Source: Candidatus Saccharimonadota bacterium (GTDB taxonomy: Bacteria; Patescibacteriota; Saccharimonadia; Saccharimonadales; Saccharimonadaceae). From it: 32,000 nucleotides of DNA. The stretch's first letter is position 1; each line of letters begins with the position of its first letter. This document shows positions 19,239 to 26,601 of the stretch, piece by piece. The stretch covers positions 30,001 to 62,000 of the forward strand of contig CP011211.1 in assembly GCA_001029695.1 (NCBI GenBank). The letters run 5' to 3'. The position numbers and the translations under genes were made by a program. The notes under the pieces were generated by a model that made no database searches, was not told the origin of the DNA, and saw only the letters and a list, made by a program, of their open reading frames with translations.

Positions 19239-19244
19239 AGTATA
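19239..19244 (-). promoter_or_regulatory. -10 box TATACT, 8 nt upstream of the methyltransferase ATG (leaderless-type)
   Basis: The minus strand reads TATACT-atatagca-ATG. Confidence 0.35.
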
Positions 19245-19271
19245 GCGTATTTTGATCATTTATGCTTTTTC

Positions 19272-19280
19272 TGTCATAAT
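19272..19280 (+). promoter_or_regulatory. extended -10 (TGtCATAAT), 7 nt upstream of ATG 19288 (leaderless-type)
   Basis: TGTCATAAT-aatacta-ATG, with no SD. Confidence 0.4.
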
Positions 19281-19287
19281 AATACTA

Positions 19288-19926
19288 ATGAATTACGCTA
19301 AAAACCTGCCGGAATTAAGTGATATGACACCAGATGGTGACTTGTACCGATGTCCAGATGGCGAGATTATGGCTGGATATCATCGTCATGCAACGGAATT
19401 GCTGGTCGGCGCGTACGGCCTTCGAAGTCTTCTGAAAGAAAAAGAGCTACCGCTCCACCCTATTTCAGAGACGATCTCCTCAGTAGTAGATATGATCGAT
19501 CGAGGTGAGTATGAGCTTGACGGCTTTTCTCCGTATGCATCGGTAGATCGGGGTGGGGTGCGGACGGAGTTTTTGTATGATGATAGATACCAACTACTTG
19601 TGACGCGATCTTCTGAGGTGACGCGACATTTGGGACGCTTCACGACAGTGTCTACGCTTACATCCCATAGCCTTTCTTTGGTATTTAGTCATGAGATGGG
19701 AGGTGCTCTTTTAGACGTTGCTTCTGAGGATGAGATAGAAGCAACTGTCGCGGCATCTATGTATGCGTCACCAGAGACGCATCATGACCGACGGCGTATT
19801 GCGAGTCGCATTCAACCGCTCAATATCTCTAGGCGTTCATTAGCGCAGCTCAGCAAGTCGCTTGGAGGCTGTGCTAATTTTCATCATCATAATAGTAATC
19901 TGCCCAAAATTCAGAGTGAATTGTAA
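19288..19926 (+). CDS. hypothetical protein
   Basis: The track ORF starts at TTG 19252. I prefer ATG 19288 (MNYAKNLPELSDM...) because of the -10 box 7 nt upstream and because the first 12 track codons encode only I/V/F/Y junk. No motif recognised. The 3' end overlaps a convergent ORF. Confidence 0.6.
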   Translation: MNYAKNLPELSDMTPDGDLYRCPDGEIMAGYHRHATELLVGAYGLRSLLKEKELPLHPISETISSVVDMIDRGEYELDGFSPYASVDRGGVRTEFLYDDRYQLLVTRSSEVTRHLGRFTTVSTLTSHSLSLVFSHEMGGALLDVASEDEIEATVAASMYASPETHHDRRRIASRIQPLNISRRSLAQLSKSLGGCANFHHHNSNLPKIQSEL

Positions 19927-20059
19927 CAGAGCCTCGTAGTGACGAAATACTAAGGCCAACGCCATCCTGGCTATTCTTTGATTCGAGTGCTGCCTGAGTG
20001 TTATTGAGGATTTGCGCAGTGTAGTACGGTATAAGATATTTTTTGACGATTGTGCGCAT
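19874..20059 (-). CDS. small ORF, or the 3' part of a frameshifted gene (its frame stays open upstream to 20227)
   Basis: 61 aa from ATG 20059. The same frame continues without a stop or a canonical start for 56 more codons upstream, overlapping the 3' end of the 20136..20438 ORF. Confidence 0.3.
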   Translation of the reverse strand: MRTIVKKYLIPYYTAQILNNTQAALESKNSQDGVGLSISSLRGSVTIHSEFWADYYYDDEN

Positions 20060-20135
20060 TGTTTCAGCGGTAGCGTTTTCTGCCCGCCCGCCTCGCAGTA
20101 GGTCAAGTGCAGTTACTATTCGATAATCCGAGGCG

Positions 20136-20438
20136 TCAGCCTCTCCGGGAGTTATGAGATGCGCCTGACGTAAAATAGTACGCTCTTGAAGAGAGCTCTG
20201 TACGAGTGGTCTGTACTCGTGCTTCCTCTATTTTATCAAGAAAGGCTTGATCCTTTTCTTCGGCAACTAAGATACATAGGTTTGTCATGTGGCGGTCAAG
20301 CGGCGTCCCATTGTTGTGGATCGACTCATCCCTCCCTATCGTCCCCATTGCAGCAAGGCATGTCATTCGCCCTGCTACTTCTGCAAAATATTTTCGTCGG
20401 CATTCTTCGGTTTGAGGACTAATTCGTTCCATATTCAT
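20136..20438 (-). CDS. hypothetical protein, or the 5' part of a frameshifted gene
   Basis: 100-aa ORF with an ATG start. A TAGAAT box lies 5 nt upstream of the ATG. The last ~30 codons overlap the open frame that leads into 19874..20059. Confidence 0.45.
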   Translation of the reverse strand: MNMERISPQTEECRRKYFAEVAGRMTCLAAMGTIGRDESIHNNGTPLDRHMTNLCILVAEEKDQAFLDKIEEARVQTTRTELSSRAYYFTSGASHNSRRG

Positions 20439-20485
20439 AGTGCATTCTATGATAATCCTCGATCTTATTTTTTCAAAGCAAAAGC

Positions 20486-21016
20486 TTACTCCCCGATGGC
20501 GAGCTTGAGTGCGATGACTCCGACTCCGACAGACATCTCTAGTAGGCTAACGATAAGGAGTCGTCCGGTGCTTTTGTATATCTTGCGCCCTGCGGTAAAT
20601 GATAGGAAAAACAAAGACAAAAGTAGTGCGATCATCGAGGCCATGAGCGCATATTGCAGACTAAACCAGCCTGTGAGACTCAGGAGTACGAGGAGTGTCG
20701 GGATGATTGCTGGTGCAAGTAGCCCTGAGCTCGTAAAGGCAATCTTTCTATAATCAGCATTGCTCACTGCTTTTCCATGTACTGCCCTGTAGGACATGCG
20801 CTCAGAAACGAGCGTTGCAAGCCAGAGTGCGACGGCAGCGCCAATGATAGAAAGTACAGTGCCTTTGACGGAGTGATGATTTGCTGTTTGCCAGTGCGCT
20901 GCGATCACGGCTAAGAGAGTGATAGTTGAATAAATTCGTTCTTTCATATTCTCCGCAATATGTTCGCGCATGGTTGGAGGAAGTTCGTCAAGCTGACGTG
21001 ATCGTGAAGTTGGCAT
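20486..21016 (-). CDS. integral membrane protein (about 5 TM helices), function unknown
   Basis: Start taken at ATG 21016 (MPTSRSRQLDEL...), since TACAAT sits 7 nt upstream. The track GTG at 21064 adds a junk-like leader. After a polar N-terminus of about 35 aa there are several hydrophobic helices. Confidence 0.75.
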   Translation of the reverse strand: MPTSRSRQLDELPPTMREHIAENMKERIYSTITLLAVIAAHWQTANHHSVKGTVLSIIGAAVALWLATLVSERMSYRAVHGKAVSNADYRKIAFTSSGLLAPAIIPTLLVLLSLTGWFSLQYALMASMIALLLSLFFLSFTAGRKIYKSTGRLLIVSLLEMSVGVGVIALKLAIGE

Positions 21017-21023
21017 GGTATCT

Positions 21024-21029
21024 ATTGTA
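21024..21029 (-). promoter_or_regulatory. -10 box TACAAT, 7 nt upstream of ATG 21016 (leaderless-type)
   Basis: The minus strand reads TACAAT-agatacc-ATG. Confidence 0.35.
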
Positions 21030-21173
21030 CTGCACGATTCTTTGGTTTTTATGAAAAAATACACATTGACTATAAATTATATAGTAAATTAAGAAACTTT
21101 ATGCTATGATCGTCAAGTTGTCTACGCACCGGCGTATGATAAAGAACCTCAAAATCAAGAGAAAGAGACAGAA

Positions 21174-22763
21174 GTGACAATGTCAGGGACAGTCGCTATT
21201 CGCCCCGTAGAGCCACGCAGTTCTCAGGAGATGAAGCTCGTCGAAGGAGTGATTGATCTCGTTAAGATGAGTGATGGGGTGTATGCGCTCGAAGGCAGTA
21301 AAACGCCTCATGTTCGCGTACCGCCGTTTCCTCAAACGAAGCTACGACTGCATGAAATTCGAAAGAGTATTGGGAAGGTTCGGCTATTTCGTAAGAATCG
21401 CGAAGACAGTGAAGCTCGACCAGCGCGGATCGTAGCTATTATCCCTGCGCATGATGAAGAGACTTCGATTGCTAAGGCGATTGAATCATTGCTACTCTCA
21501 ACCCGTCAAATTGACAAACTGGTTGTCATGGTCAACAACTCAACCGATAATACTGCAGCTATCGCTCGTGATTACGCCAAAGTCTTTCCAGATGGACAGA
21601 TTGAGGTGCTCGATGAGCAAGGCATGCTGCACGGTAAGGTTGGAGCTTTGGGGTATGCGTGGTCGCGATATGTACGAGAGTCGGAATACGACTTTGTTTT
21701 TTTCGTCGATGCGGATGTAGAGTGCGAGTCTGATGCACTAGAGCAGTTAGAACGGAGTCTTATTGATAAGCCTCGAGCTGCTGGTATTCGGGCGAGCTAT
21801 ACATTTCATCTACCGAAAGAAGCCTCGGGTGTTGAGCGTCGCATGATCCTTGCGCAGCGACATGAGTTTGCGGAGGTGGAGATCCGTGATCAGATGCGTG
21901 GTAGTAGGACGCATATCCTTGGCGGTCAAGCAACGTTGTTTCGTGCTTCCGCACTGGCACAAGTTGCAGCAAGAACCGAAGGAAGTATCCCCTGGAACCG
22001 TAAGTCACGCGTAGAAGATTCAGAGCTTTCTATTCGTCTTCGTCAGATGGGATATGAAACATTGGTTAATCCTCGGGCACGTGCATATGTGGGGCCTATG
22101 GTCACGCCACATGCGCTTAGAAGCCAAAGGATTAAGTGGACTAACGGACATATCTCGGATGCAGTACGTGACCGCGAATGGTTATCTCCTTTTGCGCACG
22201 TACATGTGTGGCGGCAGCAGATTAGTATGGTCTGGAATTTGGCAATTCGATTGCTATTTATCGGCCTTTTACTATCTTCCGCAACGCTTCACATGTTTGT
22301 GTTTGTGCCTCTATGGCTTGCGCCGACTATGTTGTCTATTATCTTTAACGTACTTGTTGCGTATAAGATACCTGGCCGTAGCTCGGGAGAGATTCTTCGT
22401 TCCTGGTTATTTTTTCCAGATGAGATTGCCCTTTGGCGAACATTATCTGTCTGGTTAACGAGCTGGGCTATGATTGCTCTTTCCGCAATAGGCGTGAATG
22501 AAAGCGACTTGTGGGCAAAGCAGCGTCAGGCAGAGGCAAATAAAAAGGTAGCCACAGTGGGCGCTTGGTTTGGCATGCTCCTTCTTGTGCTGGCTGGATA
22601 TGCGCTCGTCATGCTGGTTAACGGAATTTTCGGTCTCGACGCCGCAAGTGTGGTTATTCGTACAGGATGGTCTATAGCTACTCTTATGACGATCATTTCC
22701 TGTTGTGTGCTGCTCGGTGGCACACTACGCCTGCTTGCGCATTATCGTAAGCTCAGTCTCTAG
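21174..22763 (+). CDS. processive family-2 glycosyltransferase (PgaC/IcaA/NodC/cellulose-synthase-like polysaccharide synthase) with C-terminal multi-TM domain
   Basis: 529 aa. The GT2 motifs appear in order: IIPAHDEE, NNSTDNT, KVGALGYA, FFVDADV (DxD), GGQATLFR, VEDSELSIRL (ED) and QRIKWTNG (Q-x-x-R-W). At least four TM helices follow from aa ~340. The start is GTG 21174 or ATG 21180. Confidence 0.9.
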   Translation: MTMSGTVAIRPVEPRSSQEMKLVEGVIDLVKMSDGVYALEGSKTPHVRVPPFPQTKLRLHEIRKSIGKVRLFRKNREDSEARPARIVAIIPAHDEETSIAKAIESLLLSTRQIDKLVVMVNNSTDNTAAIARDYAKVFPDGQIEVLDEQGMLHGKVGALGYAWSRYVRESEYDFVFFVDADVECESDALEQLERSLIDKPRAAGIRASYTFHLPKEASGVERRMILAQRHEFAEVEIRDQMRGSRTHILGGQATLFRASALAQVAARTEGSIPWNRKSRVEDSELSIRLRQMGYETLVNPRARAYVGPMVTPHALRSQRIKWTNGHISDAVRDREWLSPFAHVHVWRQQISMVWNLAIRLLFIGLLLSSATLHMFVFVPLWLAPTMLSIIFNVLVAYKIPGRSSGEILRSWLFFPDEIALWRTLSVWLTSWAMIALSAIGVNESDLWAKQRQAEANKKVATVGAWFGMLLLVLAGYALVMLVNGIFGLDAASVVIRTGWSIATLMTIISCCVLLGGTLRLLAHYRKLSL

Positions 22764-22785
22764 ATTTTGAAAGGAGTTCAATTTG

Positions 22786-22827
22786 GCCCACTTACTACTG
22801 TTAAATGTCGGTAGTAAGTGGGCTTTT
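22786..22827 (+). terminator. Rho-independent terminator
   Basis: GCCCACTTACTAC-tgttaaatgtcg-GTAGTAAGTGGGC followed by TTTT, 23 nt after the stop. Confidence 0.8.
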
Positions 22828-22857
22828 CCATTGGTATAATGTGACTATATAATATTA

Positions 22858-22886
22858 TTGACATTTATATATAACTATGCTATAAT
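22858..22886 (+). promoter_or_regulatory. full-consensus sigma70 promoter for the 22931..24493 gene
   Basis: TTGACA, a 17-nt spacer, then TGcTATAAT. Both hexamers are perfect and the extended -10 TG is present. A second extended -10, TGgTATAAT, lies at 22832-22840. A leader of about 38 nt carries an AAGGAAG RBS. Confidence 0.7.
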
Positions 22887-22930
22887 GATATCTAAATCAC
22901 CAACTATATTATTTAGTAAGGAAGATTATT

Positions 22931-24493
22931 ATGGATAAATCTCTAGATACACTATCAAATACCGACGATCATATGATTGACTCACTCGAGGAGCGGTTTG
23001 AGCTGCCGGCTATTGCCGACGAAGAACGTAACACGCAGACTCCTGAAAAGCAGGGACGTTTTGCCCGTATGCGCAACAAGCTTGGCTACTATGCTGCACG
23101 CGTTACGATGGCTGGGTACAATACTCAATCAGCAATCACAGAAAAGATCCAGACACGTAATGAGGCGAAACTTGAGCAGACCGATGACACGGCTGAGGAA
23201 GAAACGTCTCGCTGGTCTCGCCTAAAGCGACACGTAGGCCGAGCTGCAATTGTGGCAGGGTCATTTGTGGGGCTTGCCGCTGCAAGCTACCTTACTCAAA
23301 AAGCTGGCGCAGAAACACCACAATTTGCTGGTATACGTCATGCAGTTGATACGCAAATACTCGTCAGTGGTCGTGGAGATGGTGCCGGTCAAGGTATTAC
23401 TTCGTGGTTTAATGATTTTCACAACCCAAACCAAGTAGAAGTTATTCAGTATCAGGGTGGAATCAGCCCAGTTATCGGAGATAGTGCGACATTCAATCAG
23501 TCAAAAGCAACTGCTGGTCAGGGTGTATATGATGCATTGATGGCGGGTGACGGTGGAGATAATCCTGTCGGCTATTCACTCGGAACAGCTGGTGCACTTG
23601 AAGGTGCGAATCGATATGTTGCCGAAACCGGCAATAGTGTCAGCCTGGATATGGTCGGAGGGCCATACGGCGAAGGTGGATTCTTCCATAATCCATATGT
23701 ACAGGCACTTAAGCCAGTCTTCGGTGCGATGGATATTGATGTCAGTACACCTCCCCTTCCTCCAGGAACAACGGTCTATGGTAATCCAAATGATATTTGG
23801 GTAAACGGTAGTAGTGCGAACCCTTTGACGCTCGCGAGCAATGCGCTTGGTACGGCATTTGGTGGTACTCATGGCTATAATACTGAAATTTTATCAGATA
23901 CCGCTAACCAAACGAGTTTTATAGGTAGTGACGGCGTACGATATGTGACGATTCACGATGATCTGAGCGGTGCCGGCCACGCTGCACTTGCAAACGGACT
24001 GCAATGGTCACCGGAAGCAGAGCACTTGACCGACGTGCTTGCGCCAGTTGGAGAAATCGGCAAGCCTGCCCCAGATGTTAACTGGTCTCAGGCGCCAGAA
24101 GCGATCGCAAATGCCGTCGAAAGTGTTGCTCGAGATAACGGTATCCCAATTGATATTCCGCCAATTCCAGAAATACCTCAGATGCCAAGCGTCCCTGATA
24201 CAGCCCAAGGACTGATTGATCAGTGGACTGCCCCTGCTCCTGCAGAGACGTGGACGCCACCAGTCGCTGAGTGGACACCTCCGGTTGAAGCTGCGCCAGT
24301 TGTGAACCAAGTGCAAGAGTGGGTTGCACCTATTCAGGAAGTAATCGACACATATGTCCCACCTGCTGCAAGTACGCCTGACATCGCACAGCAAGTAAAT
24401 CAGGTATTTGAGCAGCCGCAAGTTCAACAAGTTGTGAACGATATCAATACTCAGATCCAAAATAGCCCTCTTGGACAATTCCTCCCTCGCTAA
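22931..24493 (+). CDS. membrane-anchored PE-PPE/cutinase-like serine hydrolase (GxSxG) with a Pro/Trp/Gln-rich C-terminal tail
   Basis: 520 aa with a polar N-terminal region of about 100 aa and a single TM helix (AAIVAGSFVGLAAASYL). The ectodomain carries VGYSLGTAG, GGPYGEGGFF...DVSTP and NPLTLASNALGTAFGGTHGY. The tail contains QWTAPAPAETWTPPVAEWTPPVEAAP. It is a paralog of 30407..31543. Confidence 0.8.
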   Translation: MDKSLDTLSNTDDHMIDSLEERFELPAIADEERNTQTPEKQGRFARMRNKLGYYAARVTMAGYNTQSAITEKIQTRNEAKLEQTDDTAEEETSRWSRLKRHVGRAAIVAGSFVGLAAASYLTQKAGAETPQFAGIRHAVDTQILVSGRGDGAGQGITSWFNDFHNPNQVEVIQYQGGISPVIGDSATFNQSKATAGQGVYDALMAGDGGDNPVGYSLGTAGALEGANRYVAETGNSVSLDMVGGPYGEGGFFHNPYVQALKPVFGAMDIDVSTPPLPPGTTVYGNPNDIWVNGSSANPLTLASNALGTAFGGTHGYNTEILSDTANQTSFIGSDGVRYVTIHDDLSGAGHAALANGLQWSPEAEHLTDVLAPVGEIGKPAPDVNWSQAPEAIANAVESVARDNGIPIDIPPIPEIPQMPSVPDTAQGLIDQWTAPAPAETWTPPVAEWTPPVEAAPVVNQVQEWVAPIQEVIDTYVPPAASTPDIAQQVNQVFEQPQVQQVVNDINTQIQNSPLGQFLPR

Positions 24494-24517
24494 ATTGTAT
24501 ATCTAGCTCGCTCCCAT

Positions 24518-24548
24518 AAGCCCCGTGTCAATTGATGCGGGGCTTTTA
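24518..24548 (+). terminator. Rho-independent terminator
   Basis: AAGCCCCG-tgtcaattgatg-CGGGGCTT followed by TTT. Confidence 0.8.
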
Positions 24549-24573
24549 GCGTACCATGTCATAGGAGGAATTA

Positions 24574-24582
24574 TGGTAGTAT
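24574..24582 (+). promoter_or_regulatory. extended -10 (TGgTAGTAT), 7 nt upstream of the glgB ATG; overlaps a 3-codon uORF
   Basis: TGGTAGTAT-agagctc-ATG. The same bases also read as AGGAGG-aatt-ATG GTA GTA TAG. Confidence 0.3.
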
Positions 24583-24589
24583 AGAGCTC

Positions 24590-26563
24590 ATGGTTATACG
24601 TGAAAAACTGACAGCAATTGATCCATGGCTCGAGCCTCATGCCGACGAGATTGATAGTCGAATTGCGTATACGGATGCCTATCGAAAGAGGATACTTGGC
24701 GACATGTCTCTTTCTGATTTTGCAGTGGGGTATCTTTATTTTGGACTCAATAAGACTGAGTCGGGCTGGGTGTTTCGCGAATGGGCACCTGGAGCGACGA
24801 AAATATATATCATCGGTGATTTTTCGGACTGGAAAGACGATGAGCGATTTGCCTTAAAGAAACAAAAGGATGGCGTATGGGAGCTTCACCTGCCGTATAG
24901 CATCCTACAGCACGAGAGTCTTTATAGGCTGCATATGCATTGGGACGGCGGCGAGGGGTATCGTATTCCCGCATGGGCAACGCGCGTCGTACAGGATGAG
25001 ACGACACACGAATTCTCTGCGCAGGTATGGCAGCCAAAATCTCCTTACGTATGGCGGCATGATGATTTTTCACGCTCCCTCGAGGCTCCATTTGTCTATG
25101 AGGCGCATATCGGTATGTCTGGCGAGGCTGAAAAAGTCACGACGTATGCTGAGTTTATGCATGACACATTGCCGAGGATTATCGCCGATGGATACAATAC
25201 GATTCAGTTGATGGCGATCCAGGAGCATCCATATTATGGTAGTTTTGGATACCATGTATCGAGCTTTTTTGCGGCAAGTTCGCGCTTTGGAACACCCGAA
25301 GAGCTCAAGGCACTTGTGGATGCGGCGCATGGGGCGGGTATCGCTGTGATTTTAGACCTGGTACACTCTCATGCGGTAAAAAACGAAGTCGAAGGCTTGA
25401 GTCGATTTGATGGAAGCTATAGTCAATATTTCCATGCTGGCGATCGTGGAAACCACGAGGCATGGGATTCTCGAGTATTTGATTATGGCAAGCCAGAGGT
25501 CGCACATTTCCTTCTCTCAAATTGTCGGTACTATCTCGACGAGTATCACTTTGATGGTTACCGATTTGATGGCGTTACAAGCATGCTCTATACGCACCAC
25601 GGGTTGGAGAAAGCGTTTACGAGTTATAATGATTATTTTCAATCCACCGACCTTGATGCGCTCGCCTATCAGACGCTTGCCAATCAGCTCATTCATGAAG
25701 TCAAGCCGAGTGCACTGACGGTTGCCGAGGAGATGAGTGGTATGCCAGGTATTGCTGCACCGATTGAAGATGGTGGCGTCGGATTTGACTATCGTCTGAG
25801 TATGGGTGTGCCAGATCTTTGGATAAAGTACATCAAAGAAAAGAAAGATGAAGATTGGCAAGTCTCCGAGCTATTTCATGAGCTATCTCAACACCGTCCC
25901 GAAGAAAAGACAATCAGTTATGCGGAGAGTCACGACCAAGCACTCGTTGGTGACAAGACGCTCATCTTCCGCCTGATTGATAAAGAGATGTACTATCATA
26001 TGCAGGTTGATGACGATAACCTTATTGTCGATAGAGGTGTTGCACTACATAAGATGATTCGCCTTCTCACGGCAAGTATGCACAATGGCGGCTACCTTAA
26101 CTTTATGGGGAATGAATTTGGACATCCTGAGTGGATCGACTTTCCTCGTGAAGGCAATGACTGGTCATATAAGTACGCCCGCCGTCAATGGAGTCTCGTC
26201 GATGATCCAAAGCTAAAATACAAATGGCTTGGCGATTTTGACAAATCCATGATCGAGATCGTGAGAGGTGTCGATGGCGAGCGAGAGTGGACGACGATCA
26301 ACGATAGCGACCACGTACTCGCGTATATGCGTGGCGACTTGTTGTTTGTCTATAACTTTCATCCCACACAGTCATTTACCGACTACGGTGTGATCGCGGC
26401 TGCGGGAGAGTATCGGGTTGTCCTGTCGAGCGACAGTCAGCGTTATGGGGGATACGATCGAATCGACGCCTCACTCACCTACCCGAGTATTTCTACAAAA
26501 ACAAATCCGCAGCTGAAGCTTTATTTGCCTGCTCGAACGGCGTCTGTGTTTCGGCGACAATAG
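24590..26563 (+). CDS. glgB: 1,4-alpha-glucan branching enzyme, GH13 eukaryote-type (subfamily-8-like)
   Basis: 657 aa. The four GH13 regions are ILDLVHSH, GYRFDGVTSM, VAEEMSGMP and YAESHDQALVGDK. The N-terminus has the ...IDPWLEPHADEI... pattern. Confidence 0.93.
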   Translation: MVIREKLTAIDPWLEPHADEIDSRIAYTDAYRKRILGDMSLSDFAVGYLYFGLNKTESGWVFREWAPGATKIYIIGDFSDWKDDERFALKKQKDGVWELHLPYSILQHESLYRLHMHWDGGEGYRIPAWATRVVQDETTHEFSAQVWQPKSPYVWRHDDFSRSLEAPFVYEAHIGMSGEAEKVTTYAEFMHDTLPRIIADGYNTIQLMAIQEHPYYGSFGYHVSSFFAASSRFGTPEELKALVDAAHGAGIAVILDLVHSHAVKNEVEGLSRFDGSYSQYFHAGDRGNHEAWDSRVFDYGKPEVAHFLLSNCRYYLDEYHFDGYRFDGVTSMLYTHHGLEKAFTSYNDYFQSTDLDALAYQTLANQLIHEVKPSALTVAEEMSGMPGIAAPIEDGGVGFDYRLSMGVPDLWIKYIKEKKDEDWQVSELFHELSQHRPEEKTISYAESHDQALVGDKTLIFRLIDKEMYYHMQVDDDNLIVDRGVALHKMIRLLTASMHNGGYLNFMGNEFGHPEWIDFPREGNDWSYKYARRQWSLVDDPKLKYKWLGDFDKSMIEIVRGVDGEREWTTINDSDHVLAYMRGDLLFVYNFHPTQSFTDYGVIAAAGEYRVVLSSDSQRYGGYDRIDASLTYPSISTKTNPQLKLYLPARTASVFRRQ

Positions 26564-26601
26564 GGCGTATAATAAGCTGCAGATTAACGACAGAGGGGGA
26601 T

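Noticed and set aside
19840-20106. 88-aa minus-strand ORF in the third frame of the 19.9-20.1 kb region
   Set aside because: The translation looks random (MTYCEAGGQKTLPLKQCAQSS...). The neighbouring frame (19874..20227) gives more protein-like sequence.
24008-24478. 156-aa minus-strand ORF antisense to the tail of 22931..24493. Similar antisense or off-frame ORFs occur at 4119..4538, 1924..2283, 16844..17224, 18574..18942 and 28693..29067.
   Set aside because: All are embedded in stronger genes on the other strand or frame. Their composition is atypical (Cys/Arg/Trp-rich) and they lack start-site signals.
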